Shown here piece after piece: positions 1 to 9,440 of a stretch of DNA of 64,000 nt. The DNA comes from Desulfatiglandales bacterium. Its GTDB lineage: Bacteria > Desulfobacterota > DSM-4660 > Desulfatiglandales > Desulfatiglandaceae. Each line of letters starts with the position of its first letter. Positions within the stretch are counted from its first letter, which is position 1. The notes beneath the pieces were generated by a model. It made no database searches, had not been told where the DNA came from, and worked only from the letters and a program-made list of their open reading frames with translations. Made by a program: the position numbers and the translations under genes. Location: positions 7,168,001-7,232,000 of the forward strand of contig OY759599.1 of the NCBI GenBank assembly GCA_963662465.1. Direction: 5' to 3'.

Positions 1-816
1 GGTGCAGTTTCCACAGCCATGGGCGCTTCCACCAAGGCCGGTGGTGATTATTCCTTTGCGGCCGGCAAACACATGCAGCTAACCGCCGATGCTCACCACA
101 CCTTTGTCTGGGGTTATTCCGAATATGACGAACAAGAGCTTAGCGAGCCCAACGCATTCCTTATTTTTCCAGCAGGCACGGCGGGCCATGTGGGAATCGG
201 CACACCCAGTCCCGTGGAAAGGCTGCATATCCGCGAAAGGTCCGCTACCCTCGGGGCAGCAATACTATTAGACAGTACCGGAGGAACAGGCGGGCGGCAG
301 TATTATGTTGGGAGTACACTGTCATCGAACATCGGCGGAGCAGGACTGTTTCAAATCTATGATGACACGGCTAACCAGGCCAGGTTCAATATTAACTCAG
401 TAGGCAATGTCGGCATCGGCACGGCGAGTCCCGATTATACGTTAGAGGTTGCCGGCAATGCCGCCAAGAGTTCGGGAGGCACTACATGGATCAATAGTTC
501 TGATGAGCGGTTGAAAGATATTACGGGTGAATACAACCGGGGTTTGGATGCCATTATGAACCTGCGACCGGTTACGTTCTTTTATAAGGACAGCAACCCA
601 AGAGGGCTTCCAACCGAGGAAGAGAATATTGGTTTTATCGCCCAGGAAGTGAGAAAAGTATTTCCGGAGGCAGTAAGTGAGGGAGCCGATGGATACCTCG
701 ATTTCAACATGCACCCTGTTAATGTAGCGCTTGTAAACGCCGTAAAAGAACTCAAAGCCGAAAACGATGCGCTACGGCAGGAAATCAAGCAAATCAAAGC
801 GGCACTGGGACTATAG
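1..816 (+). CDS. Tail-fibre-like protein with C-terminal peptidase S74 intramolecular chaperone domain (5' truncated by window)
   Basis: Frame is open from base 1; GNVGIGT repeats, SDERLKDI S74 start, GFIAQEV...FPEAV motif, C-terminal coiled coil. Confidence 0.85.
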   Translation, partial: GAVSTAMGASTKAGGDYSFAAGKHMQLTADAHHTFVWGYSEYDEQELSEPNAFLIFPAGTAGHVGIGTPSPVERLHIRERSATLGAAILLDSTGGTGGRQYYVGSTLSSNIGGAGLFQIYDDTANQARFNINSVGNVGIGTASPDYTLEVAGNAAKSSGGTTWINSSDERLKDITGEYNRGLDAIMNLRPVTFFYKDSNPRGLPTEEENIGFIAQEVRKVFPEAVSEGADGYLDFNMHPVNVALVNAVKELKAENDALRQEIKQIKAALGL

Positions 817-1199
817 TGGCTGTTTGGGTGGCAAAAAACCTTGCTTGTGCTTTCCAGAAAGGTTGATTTCAAACTCCACAACCTCAGGGTTTTATGAAAG
901 CGAATTGTGTAAGATTGATCCGGCAATCTTACACGATTTTGGTACTCCCAGGGTGCGGATTAAAACAAGTTGTTTTTTTGGTATAGTCAATGTATCACAG
1001 GTTGAACGTTGAAAGCCTGAATACAATATATGGTGTCCGCCGCATTTTTTTCGAATCGGGACTTTCGTTTGCAATCTGACGGGACCTTTATATAATATTG
1101 AGGGCTAAATATTATTTCTATTCTTATCTATTCTTAAATCTCACATTTGATGTTCCATCAGCGTTCTATTGATGCATCAGGAGGCTCTATGGAAGGGCA

Positions 1200-1625
1200 T
1201 CAAAACCCATAGGGCGTTGAATGTCCTTTGGGTATTTTTCGTTGTCGTTGACGACCTAAGGAGCCCTCTTCTTGTGCAGGGGTGGCTTCTTTTCCGATGC
1301 TTTGCCACCCGTCTTGGGTAGCGGGTTCGGATTTCGGCGCTGGCTCTGCGGGTGGCTGTGTGGCGATGGTCATGGCCTGTTTCATAGCCCCATCCAATTC
1401 CGTCTGATCCTGACCTGACATGATAACCTCGCCGACCGCACCGGCGTCGCGGGCGGCCTGTGCCATTTCCTGCAGCATTTGTTTTGCTTTGGCATTTTGT
1501 TCAATGTCGTACCCTACTGCCACCACATTGATCAGGTTCCGTTTTACGGGTTGTTCGGCCAGGGCGTTGACGGCACAGATACCGGTTATCGCAATCGAAA
1601 ATAGCCATGCATGTATGGTTTTCAT
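1200..1625 (-). CDS. Small secreted protein resembling the C-terminal part of a VWA domain
   Basis: RBS AAGGAGG before ATG; signal peptide ending ALA; INVVAVGYD...LQEMA...GEV...ELDGAM resembles the last strands and helices of VWA. Confidence 0.7.
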   Translation of the reverse strand: MKTIHAWLFSIAITGICAVNALAEQPVKRNLINVVAVGYDIEQNAKAKQMLQEMAQAARDAGAVGEVIMSGQDQTELDGAMKQAMTIATQPPAEPAPKSEPATQDGWQSIGKEATPAQEEGSLGRQRQRKIPKGHSTPYGF

Positions 1626-1634
1626 GTTTCCTCC

Positions 1635-3452
1635 TTACCAGTTTACGGTCATGTCGTTCAGTCGGCGGACCTCTTCCGGTGGGTTGCCGCCCCCCGTTTC
1701 TTCACCGTCCGAAAGCACAATCAAAGTGAGTTTTTGGCCGCGGGCGTTTCGTCGCATATAAGCACCGGCCTCCCGTATGCCGGCCGCCAGCGGCGTGCCG
1801 CCATCGGCATTGATGCCGTCAACGGCAGCCTGAGCGCGCTCACGGCCAGCGGAATTCATCGGCGCAAAAGCTGATTTTACGGCATTGCCGCTGAACGCAA
1901 TCACCGCCAATTCGGTATCGGATCCCAGACCGGCGATTTGCCGATTGGCAGTCGCCTTGGCATTCGCAATCTTGGTCCCTTTCATACTGCCGGAGGCATC
2001 GATGAGTATCACAACCGAGTTCGCGATGGGCCCGCCGGAAACGTCAGTTGCGGATGCATTGTCGCCATCCGGGGCGGCATAGCGGAACCCCTTCGCTTCG
2101 AAAATATATTTATTGTAATAGAACTTCGTGCTTTGGAATTGAATCTGATCACCAACCTTTCGGATATTAAAGCGCCCCTTTCTGGCTTCCGGGTTTGAGC
2201 CGGGCCACAATATATGGCCAGCGCAGTCGCCCTGGATCTGGCCACCGTCTTCCCAGCCCCCCATGAGTTTTCCCGTCAATTGCATCCGCGCACCCGGTAA
2301 TCGTACATTGGATTGCATAACATACGGGGCATAAAGCTCGCCGGTCACCTGTGCGCCCTTGAATGTGAGCGACAAGGTCGCCTTCAGGTTGAAATCCACC
2401 TCAACGTATCCCTTGTATGAGACTTGAGATACTTGAGCGGCGCCGCCGGACTCGGCGGATACCTTTACCGCACGGGCATCGACTAAAATTATCCGTGTTT
2501 TATCAGCGCCCATCACCCAAGGCGGCGGTGCGCCGGACGAAGGCTGTCCCAGGGGTGTCGACACCGGGTCGCCACTACCCGGCACCGGGGTGCTGGCCCC
2601 AGCGGATGCCGGACTTGGTGAAATATGATAATCCAACCGATCCATCTGCCCGGACGCAGCTTGGTTTTCCACGGATGCCATTTGGATATTCCCGACATTC
2701 AAGTTGAGGCAGTTATCATGATTTAGATCAACCAAATATCTGTGAATCGGCCATAAATCCTCCATCACTGAATCTACCCGGCCAACATTGTCGGAAGGCT
2801 TTCGCACAAAAACCTCATAACGATCCACGGAGAGCATATTGTCAGCTGTGATCACAAACCGGCCGTCGCTCTTGGTGCGCCAGTTGCGGCGTTTCAAGCC
2901 GCTCCTTTCGCCGTGCAACTCGACCATCGCTCCCGCCACGCCTTCCCCGGTTCCGCGCATCACCGCGCGTCCGGTGATCACCGCTCGAGGGAGGTCAGGC
3001 AACGTCGGAGAGGCACCCGCTGAATCTTCATTGACGATGAGCGACCACGTACAGATGACGCAAAACCTTCCTGTTTTTCCATTTTCCATCATGGTCCCGC
3101 AGCGTCGGCCCATAACATATCCGACCCCGGGTCCTGCGGCCCGAATCGTGACCGATGTGGCGCCCTTTGTAGTCAACTCGCCGGGATAGCTGACATAAAA
3201 CTGTGCCTCCGGGTCCCAGCTCAAGATTTTGCCTTGCATCTGTTTTTGCGTACCCTGAAAATAAAATGGGCCTGTTGTCGAAAAGTAAAAGGTCTTGGTT
3301 TCATCGGGTTTGAGCGCAATCCGCCCCACAACCGTCCCCGCTTGACCCGCTGGCACGCGCTCCCCACGCGGCGTTTCTCCCTGAGCTTGGAGCGGCACCC
3401 AAACCAGCCACAGAAGACATATCCATAATAAAGCCCGCAACGTTGTTTTCAT
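1635..3452 (-). CDS. Secreted multidomain protein with C-terminal (incomplete) von Willebrand factor A domain
   Basis: Signal peptide; Pro-rich linker; MIDAS residues DASGS, GGTPL and LSDGEE; RBS AAGGAG. Confidence 0.85.
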   Translation of the reverse strand: MKTTLRALLWICLLWLVWVPLQAQGETPRGERVPAGQAGTVVGRIALKPDETKTFYFSTTGPFYFQGTQKQMQGKILSWDPEAQFYVSYPGELTTKGATSVTIRAAGPGVGYVMGRRCGTMMENGKTGRFCVICTWSLIVNEDSAGASPTLPDLPRAVITGRAVMRGTGEGVAGAMVELHGERSGLKRRNWRTKSDGRFVITADNMLSVDRYEVFVRKPSDNVGRVDSVMEDLWPIHRYLVDLNHDNCLNLNVGNIQMASVENQAASGQMDRLDYHISPSPASAGASTPVPGSGDPVSTPLGQPSSGAPPPWVMGADKTRIILVDARAVKVSAESGGAAQVSQVSYKGYVEVDFNLKATLSLTFKGAQVTGELYAPYVMQSNVRLPGARMQLTGKLMGGWEDGGQIQGDCAGHILWPGSNPEARKGRFNIRKVGDQIQFQSTKFYYNKYIFEAKGFRYAAPDGDNASATDVSGGPIANSVVILIDASGSMKGTKIANAKATANRQIAGLGSDTELAVIAFSGNAVKSAFAPMNSAGRERAQAAVDGINADGGTPLAAGIREAGAYMRRNARGQKLTLIVLSDGEETGGGNPPEEVRRLNDMTVNW

Positions 3453-3505
3453 GGGTTTCTCCTTATGCCAAGAGGTGAGATGATAAGAACTAACTTTTTG
3501 GTGAG

Positions 3506-3534
3506 AGAGTAACGAAAATGGATTTGGGCGTCAA
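3506..3534 (-). promoter_or_regulatory. Putative sigma70 promoter of the VWA operon
   Basis: TTGACG-17 nt-TACTCT on the minus strand, ~55 bp upstream of the ATG. Confidence 0.5.
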
Positions 3535-3761
3535 GGAAAAACGGTCCACAAAATCTATTGTTAAGGCAACCGTAATGCAAATAAATAATTAGAATTGTTT
3601 GGCTTTATTTCAAATAGCTTTTTGCCATGTTGAAATTATCCTTTCATCTTTTCCAAAAAATCTTTGAATCAAGGATTCAACGGATCAGCAATTCCATGCA
3701 ATACTTTGTATTTTTTGGGCTGAAAATCGTTGTTTCATGAACAAAATACCTTTTTTTAAGA

Positions 3762-3787
3762 CCGAGGCAGCGTGTGCACTGCCCCGG
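3762..3787. terminator. Hairpin terminator downstream of the rnfB-gltD fusion
   Basis: CCGAGGCAGCG-TGTG-CACTGCCCCGG stem with T tracts nearby, just after the stop at 3801. Confidence 0.5.
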
Positions 3788-3800
3788 CTTGTTTTTTGAA

Positions 3801-5903
3801 TCAGCCTGCGCTTGCCTGATTGCAGGATGCCGCTTCCGATTCCACATCCATACTGTAACAGGTAATGCCGCAAGAGAGGCATCTTCTGCTTTCTTCTAAC
3901 GCCTGTTCCTCTGTAAGGACTTGATCCACTTCCACAAAGGAGTGGATTCTTTCATCGGGAGGCAACTCCTCCATGGGGGATCTGGGTTTCTTGACAATGC
4001 CAATCACATGGTCCATGTCCGACTCAGGGATAAGGCCTTTGCCCAGTTCCCTGGGTGAAGCCTTCACTTCCTCATTCATGACATACTGGTGGATCGACCT
4101 GGCTGCCCGTCTGCCGCCGCCGATGGCGGTTACCACCAGGGCAGGACCCGTGGCCGAATCGCCGCCCGCAAAGAGGTAGGGGATATTGGTTTGCAGCGTC
4201 TTGGGATCGGCATCTATCGTATTCCGGCGGGTGGTTTTCAACTCGGCCAGGCGTTTCTGATCCCGTTCTACAAACGATACGTCCGGGGCCTGTCCGATGG
4301 CGGTAATGATCATATCCGTCTGCAGCCGTGTTTCCGACCCTTCGATGGGAACGGGGCGCCGTCTGCCGCTGGCATCCGGTTCACCCAATTCCATTTTCAG
4401 GTATTCCAGATGGGTACAGTGCCCTTTATCATCGCTCACCACTTCCTTGGGCGCCGTCAGGAAAATGAATTCCACGCCTTCCTCATCCGCCGCTTCGACC
4501 TCAACCGGGTTGGCGGGCATCTCTTTTCGGGTTCTTCGATACGCCAGGTAGACCTTTTTGACGCCATAGCGAAGGAGGTTTCGGGTACAGTCGATGGCGG
4601 TGTTTCCTCCACCGACGACCACCGCTGTTTCTCCCATGGGAAGCTTTTCGCCGCCTGCCAGACGGGAAAGAAAATCAATGCCCGTGTAGCACCCTTCCAG
4701 GTTCTCGCCTTCTACGCGCAACAGGGAGTCTTTCCAGGCTCCGATCCCCATGAAAATGGCATCATAACCGGCTGCCACAAGAGATGTCAGGTCAAAATCC
4801 ACACCGAATTTCACCCGGGTATGACATTCAATCCCCAGATTGAGGATGCCTTCAATTTCCCAGTCCACGATCTTTTTGGGAAGGCGGTATTCGGGGATGC
4901 CGTAACGGATCATGCCGCCCAGTTTGGGCATGGCTTCGTATATGGTGACCTCGTGGCCCATTCGGCGAAGGAAAAAGGCGCAGCTCAATCCCGCGGGACC
5001 TCCGCCGACGACAGCGATCTTTTTGTTGGTGAGCGGCGCCACGGAAATGGGAAACCGTTTGCCCGAATTCATCTCATAGTCGGCTGCAAAGCGTTTCAAC
5101 TGGTTGATGGAAACCGGCTCGTCTTCTATGCCTCTGCGGCAGTTTGTTTCACAGGGATGGGGACATACCCTGCCGCAGGAGAGGAGCAGGGGGTTGCGTT
5201 CTCGGATTGTATGGACGGCGCCCTCGTAATCCCCTTTTCGAATCTGAGCAATGTAGAGTGGGATGTTGATCTGTGCCGGGCAGGTTTGTCGGCATGGCGC
5301 CAGGCAGTCTCCTTCCTCGTTAAAGTGAAGCAGCCGTTCCGAGGGGGTTTTAACCTTTAAGATGTTTTTCGGGCAGGTCCGTTCGCAGGCGCCGCAGCCC
5401 ACACATTTTTCCTCGTCCACAACGGGGAACCCCTCAGGTCCTATTTTCAGGGCGCCAAACAGACAGGCCCTTACGCAGTCGCCGTAACCGAGACACCCGA
5501 TATCGCATTGGCGTTTGCCGTCGTCCAACATCATCTGTGCCCGGCATGAGGGGATGCCCTCGTAAAGATACCTTAGCGGCGCCCGATTTCCCCCGGTACA
5601 GGGGTTCGAGCAAGTGGCTGCTTCCGCAACACCGCCTGCCATTCCCATGATCGCCGCAACGGCTTTGGTAGATTCTTCCCCCCCGACGATGCAAACATTG
5701 GCGGGCGCATCTCCCTGGACCACGGCAACCGCCGCGGCTGAACATCCCGCAAACCCGCATCCGCCGCAATTGGCGCCGGCCAGACAATCTTCCACCTGCC
5801 CGATTCTCGGGTCTTCATAAACGTAAAAAATTTTGGATGCGAGGCTCAGAACAATACCTAATACCGCTCCCAGACCACACATAACAAGCAAGGCTGGAAC
5901 CAT
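3801..5903 (-). CDS. RnfB N-terminal module (TM helix, FeS, 2x[4Fe-4S]) fused to GltD/NfnB-type FAD/NAD(P) oxidoreductase
   Basis: Start MVPALL at 5903 with RBS GGAGG; GANCGGCGFAGC, CxxCxxCxxxCP, APCRQTCPA, CGRVCPHPCE, GGGPAG, GGGNTAID. Confidence 0.9.
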   Translation of the reverse strand: MVPALLVMCGLGAVLGIVLSLASKIFYVYEDPRIGQVEDCLAGANCGGCGFAGCSAAAVAVVQGDAPANVCIVGGEESTKAVAAIMGMAGGVAEAATCSNPCTGGNRAPLRYLYEGIPSCRAQMMLDDGKRQCDIGCLGYGDCVRACLFGALKIGPEGFPVVDEEKCVGCGACERTCPKNILKVKTPSERLLHFNEEGDCLAPCRQTCPAQINIPLYIAQIRKGDYEGAVHTIRERNPLLLSCGRVCPHPCETNCRRGIEDEPVSINQLKRFAADYEMNSGKRFPISVAPLTNKKIAVVGGGPAGLSCAFFLRRMGHEVTIYEAMPKLGGMIRYGIPEYRLPKKIVDWEIEGILNLGIECHTRVKFGVDFDLTSLVAAGYDAIFMGIGAWKDSLLRVEGENLEGCYTGIDFLSRLAGGEKLPMGETAVVVGGGNTAIDCTRNLLRYGVKKVYLAYRRTRKEMPANPVEVEAADEEGVEFIFLTAPKEVVSDDKGHCTHLEYLKMELGEPDASGRRRPVPIEGSETRLQTDMIITAIGQAPDVSFVERDQKRLAELKTTRRNTIDADPKTLQTNIPYLFAGGDSATGPALVVTAIGGGRRAARSIHQYVMNEEVKASPRELGKGLIPESDMDHVIGIVKKPRSPMEELPPDERIHSFVEVDQVLTEEQALEESRRCLSCGITCYSMDVESEAASCNQASAG

Positions 5904-6063
5904 TATGAACTCCTCCAATAGGCTGGGCGGAAAAATTTGTAATTTATTCATTGCCGGCGGGGGCCGCCCACAAATACCCCTCAAGGCGATTTTGGAATTT
6001 GAAACCTTAAAGCATAAAATTGAAGAAAACGCAGGGGAAAACCTATCTATCCCACTTTCAACA

Positions 6064-6092
6064 CATATAGGAAAACAGGGTTCATATGTCAA
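6064..6092 (-). promoter_or_regulatory. Putative sigma70 promoter of the rnfB fusion gene
   Basis: TTGACA-17 nt-TATATG on the minus strand. Confidence 0.45.
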
Positions 6093-6118
6093 CCACAAAG
6101 CGGTTTTGAAATTTAAAG

Positions 6119-6146
6119 GTAGAGACAAGGCATGCCTTGTCTCCGC
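6119..6146. repeat. REP-like palindrome (GTAG type), copy 1
   Basis: GTAGAGACAAGGCATGCCTTGTCTCCGC, 2 mismatches to the copy at 7271; a degenerate half-copy follows. Confidence 0.75.
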
Positions 6147-6215
6147 AAGAGGCATGCTTTGTATCAACAATAAGGAATTTGAGAACACGGAAAGCAGGGG
6201 GGGGGTAACACGGGC

Positions 6216-7247
6216 CTATTCATATTTTCGATCGGTTTTGAAAACGGAAGGAACATCGAAGCAGTCCTGGATGGTTTTAATGGCGCTTTCCAGGTGCGAT
6301 GATAAAACAACCCCTGTAATGGAAGCAATGGTGCAGCTCAATCCCATAAGATTAACCCCGTTTGTTTCCAGGGCCGTCAAAAGGTCCCTGACGATGCCGT
6401 AACGATCTCCGAAATGGGGGCCATTCATGGAGAATGTGCCGACGGATTTGCGCGTTTCGATTTTTGATTGGGGAACTGAACGAGCAATGGTTTCTTTGTT
6501 GGAGTTCCTTTCGGTCATGGGCAAACAAAACGTTATGGCGCCGAGTTGCCCTTGTGAGCGGCTTGCGGCCAGGAAGGTAAGATCAAGTCCTTGCCGGGAA
6601 AAGGCTTCAAAGGCAATGTTCAGTACTCCCATGTTTGAATGCGCCAGGGCGATCCGCAACAACTCTTGCCGGTCCTGGTATTCAAGTCCGTATACTTTTG
6701 GGCGTTTTTCCTGGTAGGACGCGACGACTTCCTTGTAAAGTTTTTCTTTGCCCTTCTGAGCCAGTTTCCAGTCTTCAGGCGTTCGATAAGCGCTGAAAGC
6801 AAAGGGACCAAAAAGGGAACGGCCGGCGCGGGCCAGTACCTGCTCGTCAAGTATCACCGAAATAGCCGATGGTGAATGGGCCATGACGTCCGGGTGGATG
6901 CCTTCGCGGTCAAAGGCTTCAAAAAGGGCGCCGGCGATGGCTGGCTTTTTTCGGTGGGGAAATATGGAAAGGATGGCTGTGTTTGACCGCTGAATGAGAT
7001 TTTGCTCAAGGGCTTTCTGAATGAGACCGCTTGCCGTGCGGGCGTCTCCGGTTTCCACCACCAAATCGATGATCCACCCATCCGAATTGTTCCGGACGCA
7101 GGTGACGTAGGGTAGGTTGATGTGATGTTCCGCAAGGATGCGAAATAACGCCGCGGGCGACAGCCTGTCCGGCATAAAGGGCGCTGGCGAGATGAGCGAC
7201 ACCTCCTTTAAAATTTTGAATCCTCCCAGCTTTTCCTGAGTGACCAT
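6216..7247 (-). CDS. Tandem ACT-domain protein (aspartokinase regulatory-domain-like, no kinase domain)
   Basis: Repeated ACT-like segments (ALFRILAEHHINL, ALFEAFDREGI...SPSAISVIL, GIVRDLLTALETNGVNL...SITGVV); start MVTQ assumed because the longer ORF begins inside the REP. Confidence 0.7.
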   Translation of the reverse strand: MVTQEKLGGFKILKEVSLISPAPFMPDRLSPAALFRILAEHHINLPYVTCVRNNSDGWIIDLVVETGDARTASGLIQKALEQNLIQRSNTAILSIFPHRKKPAIAGALFEAFDREGIHPDVMAHSPSAISVILDEQVLARAGRSLFGPFAFSAYRTPEDWKLAQKGKEKLYKEVVASYQEKRPKVYGLEYQDRQELLRIALAHSNMGVLNIAFEAFSRQGLDLTFLAASRSQGQLGAITFCLPMTERNSNKETIARSVPQSKIETRKSVGTFSMNGPHFGDRYGIVRDLLTALETNGVNLMGLSCTIASITGVVLSSHLESAIKTIQDCFDVPSVFKTDRKYE

Positions 7248-7270
7248 GAAAATCCCATTTAAGGGGGGGG

Positions 7271-7298
7271 GTAGAGACAAGGCATGCCTTGTCTCTAC
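7271..7298. repeat. REP-like perfect 28-bp palindrome, copy 2
   Basis: GTAGAGACAAGGCATGCCTTGTCTCTAC is its own reverse complement. Confidence 0.8.
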
Positions 7299-7307
7299 GG
7301 CATTTTT

Positions 7308-7688
7308 TTAAAATAGATTGGTGACCACTTCCCACAACCCTTCCGTATCAATGGGTTTGGCAATATAGTCATCCGCTTCGGTGGACATGCCGTCGGCATG
7401 GGTGTAGGTGGTGGTGGGTACGGCTTCCCCCACGGCGGTCAAAAGAACCACCGGGATGGTCGCCGTCTCAGCGTTCGCTTTCAGTTCGGCGCAGAGTACA
7501 TACCCATCCTTTCGGGGCATCATGACATCGAGAACAACCAGGTCGGGACGTCGTTCTTTTATGGACGCTTCTCCTTCCACGCCGTCATAGGCTCTGCCCA
7601 CCTCACATCCTTTGCTTTCCAGCATCATGGCCACGGTTTCCACCAGATCAGGATCATCATCAACCACCAGTACATATTTCTTATCCAT
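7308..7688 (-). CDS. Single-domain response regulator (receiver)
   Basis: VLVVDDD, LDVMMP, LLTA, AKP motifs; RBS GGAGG. Confidence 0.9.
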   Translation of the reverse strand: MDKKYVLVVDDDPDLVETVAMMLESKGCEVGRAYDGVEGEASIKERRPDLVVLDVMMPRKDGYVLCAELKANAETATIPVVLLTAVGEAVPTTTYTHADGMSTEADDYIAKPIDTEGLWEVVTNLF

Positions 7689-7754
7689 AACGAAACCTCC
7701 TTCCACTGATTATTGTTAAATGCGCGCATTTACATCGATGCCGCATATTTTTGG

Positions 7755-7792
7755 CTGTTGCCGATTCTTTTGTTAAAGAGGCGGCATCAGCT
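7755..7792. terminator. Intergenic hairpin after metF
   Basis: GCTGTTGCCG...CGGCATCAGC stem with inner TCTTT/AAAGA pairing. Confidence 0.35.
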
Positions 7793-7801
7793 TGTTTATT
7801 C

Positions 7802-8737
7802 TCATTCTACATCTTCAGGCCTGGGATAAAGTCCGCTTCGCTCCACGATTTCCGGGACTTTTTCTTCCCATTCAATGGCCATGATGTGAAATCCCCTGAC
7901 CCCTTCACATTCCTTTAACCGCTCGATGGTTTCAACGCAGATGTTGATTCCCTCTTCCGCCTGTTTCTCCTTGGGGACGCCGGCCATCCGTTTGACCACC
8001 TCGTCGGGTACATCCATTCCCGGAACGCGGTTTTTCATGTATTTGGCCATGCCCGCGGATTTAAAAGGCGTTACCCCAGCCAGAATATGGACTTTCTCGT
8101 GGAGGCCGCGATCACGGGCCTGTTGCATCCAGAGTTCGAACTTTTCCAGGTTGTAGATGCACTGGGTCTGAATGAACTCAACGCCGGCGGCTATTTTTTT
8201 GGCCAGGCGGGGCGTACGGATTTCAAAGGGATCCGCAAAGGGGTTGGCCGCTGCGCCCACAAACATCCGGGGGGGGCGCTTGATATCATCGCCGCCCAGG
8301 AATTTGCCTTCGTCCCGCATGTGTCTCACCGTTTGGATCAGCTGCATGGAATCGATATCAAAGACATTTTGTCCCTGGGCCGAGTCACCGAATTGCTGAT
8401 GGTCCCCTGATAAGCACAGCATATTGTGGATATCAAAGGATGCGGCGCCCAGAATATCGCTTTGAAGGGCGATTCTGTTTCGATCTCTGGTCACCATCTG
8501 CAGGATCGGTTCCAGCCCCATCAGTTTCAAGTGAATGCAGGCGGCCAGACTGCACAGACGGGTGACGCTGGTCTGGTTGTCGGTGATGTTGATGGCATCC
8601 ACGTGATGCTTGATCATCTCCGCCTTTTGGGTGATGGCCTCCGGGTCGCTGCCTCTTGGGGGCCCGCATTCCGATGTGACGGCCGGAAGTCTTTCGCTCA
8701 GAATCTTTTCCAGTTTACTGGGGGTTTTTGTCTTCAT
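7802..8737 (-). CDS. metF: 5,10-methylenetetrahydrofolate reductase (copy 1)
   Basis: SECGPP, NITDNQ, RDRNRIALQ, CLSGDH, IQTQ, HIMAIEWE. Confidence 0.92.
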   Translation of the reverse strand: MKTKTPSKLEKILSERLPAVTSECGPPRGSDPEAITQKAEMIKHHVDAINITDNQTSVTRLCSLAACIHLKLMGLEPILQMVTRDRNRIALQSDILGAASFDIHNMLCLSGDHQQFGDSAQGQNVFDIDSMQLIQTVRHMRDEGKFLGGDDIKRPPRMFVGAAANPFADPFEIRTPRLAKKIAAGVEFIQTQCIYNLEKFELWMQQARDRGLHEKVHILAGVTPFKSAGMAKYMKNRVPGMDVPDEVVKRMAGVPKEKQAEEGINICVETIERLKECEGVRGFHIMAIEWEEKVPEIVERSGLYPRPEDVE

Positions 8738-9402
8738 TGCATTAAGTCCTCCCTCACCACTTTTCTGGGGCCGCCGGCCCGCTCCGTGGACCAGTCCTTG
8801 ATGGGTATGAGGATTTCATAGTCGTTCAGCCTGCCCAGTTTTGTTAACCGTTCCACGATGAGCTGCCAGCCGCAAACAAGATTTTTATCGATTTCGCAAT
8901 GGCCTTTGGTGGAACCGCCGCAGGGCCCGTTGAAAAGCCGTTTGGCGCAGCGGGAAACCGGGCAGATGCCCCCGGTCTTGGCCAGCATGCAGTGACCGCA
9001 ACCCTGGCAGCGCTCGGACCAAACGCCCCTTTCTTCCGTGACGCCCATGAAACAGGTGTCGACGCCCGGAAGGATCGGGGTACTCATGTATTTTTCCGCC
9101 ATGAACTGAACCCCAACCCCGCAGGCAAGGGATACCACCGCATCGTAACGGTCGATGCTGTTTCGCAATTCTTCCAGGTATTCATGGTCGCACTGTCGTT
9201 CCAGGGTGGTCTCGTCGATTTTTACGTCCTTTCTCTCGTTCATGAAGTGCATCCGCAGGGCTGAGGCCAGAACCGCCACTTCCTTTTTACCGCCCGCTTC
9301 ACATACTGTGACGCATTCGTTGCATCCGACTATGAGTATCTTTCCATACCCCTGCGTTTCCTCAATGATTTCCTCTATGGGCTTTCTTTTGGCCACAATC
9401 AT
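8734..9402 (-). CDS. metV: MTHFR small Cys-rich subunit (copy 1)
   Basis: GCNECVTVC, ERQCD, ACGVG, ERCQGCGHC...CP...C...NGPCGG; overlaps the metF start. Confidence 0.88.
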   Translation of the reverse strand: MIVAKRKPIEEIIEETQGYGKILIVGCNECVTVCEAGGKKEVAVLASALRMHFMNERKDVKIDETTLERQCDHEYLEELRNSIDRYDAVVSLACGVGVQFMAEKYMSTPILPGVDTCFMGVTEERGVWSERCQGCGHCMLAKTGGICPVSRCAKRLFNGPCGGSTKGHCEIDKNLVCGWQLIVERLTKLGRLNDYEILIPIKDWSTERAGGPRKVVREDLMQ

Positions 9403-9440
9403 AATGACATTTCCTCCTGTGGGTTATGAAATCACTTCGC

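Noticed and set aside
1..816. Prophage call from the tail-fibre-like gene
   Set aside because: No other phage genes are visible in the window
4089..5360. 423-aa plus-strand ORF (likewise 12815..13582, 40272..41384, 51986..52972, 61643..62533)
   Set aside because: Antisense shadows of well-supported genes with no motifs of their own
5904..6188. 95-aa N-terminal extension of the RnfB fusion in the ORF track
   Set aside because: A strong RBS precedes ATG 5903, and the extension crosses a REP and a candidate promoter
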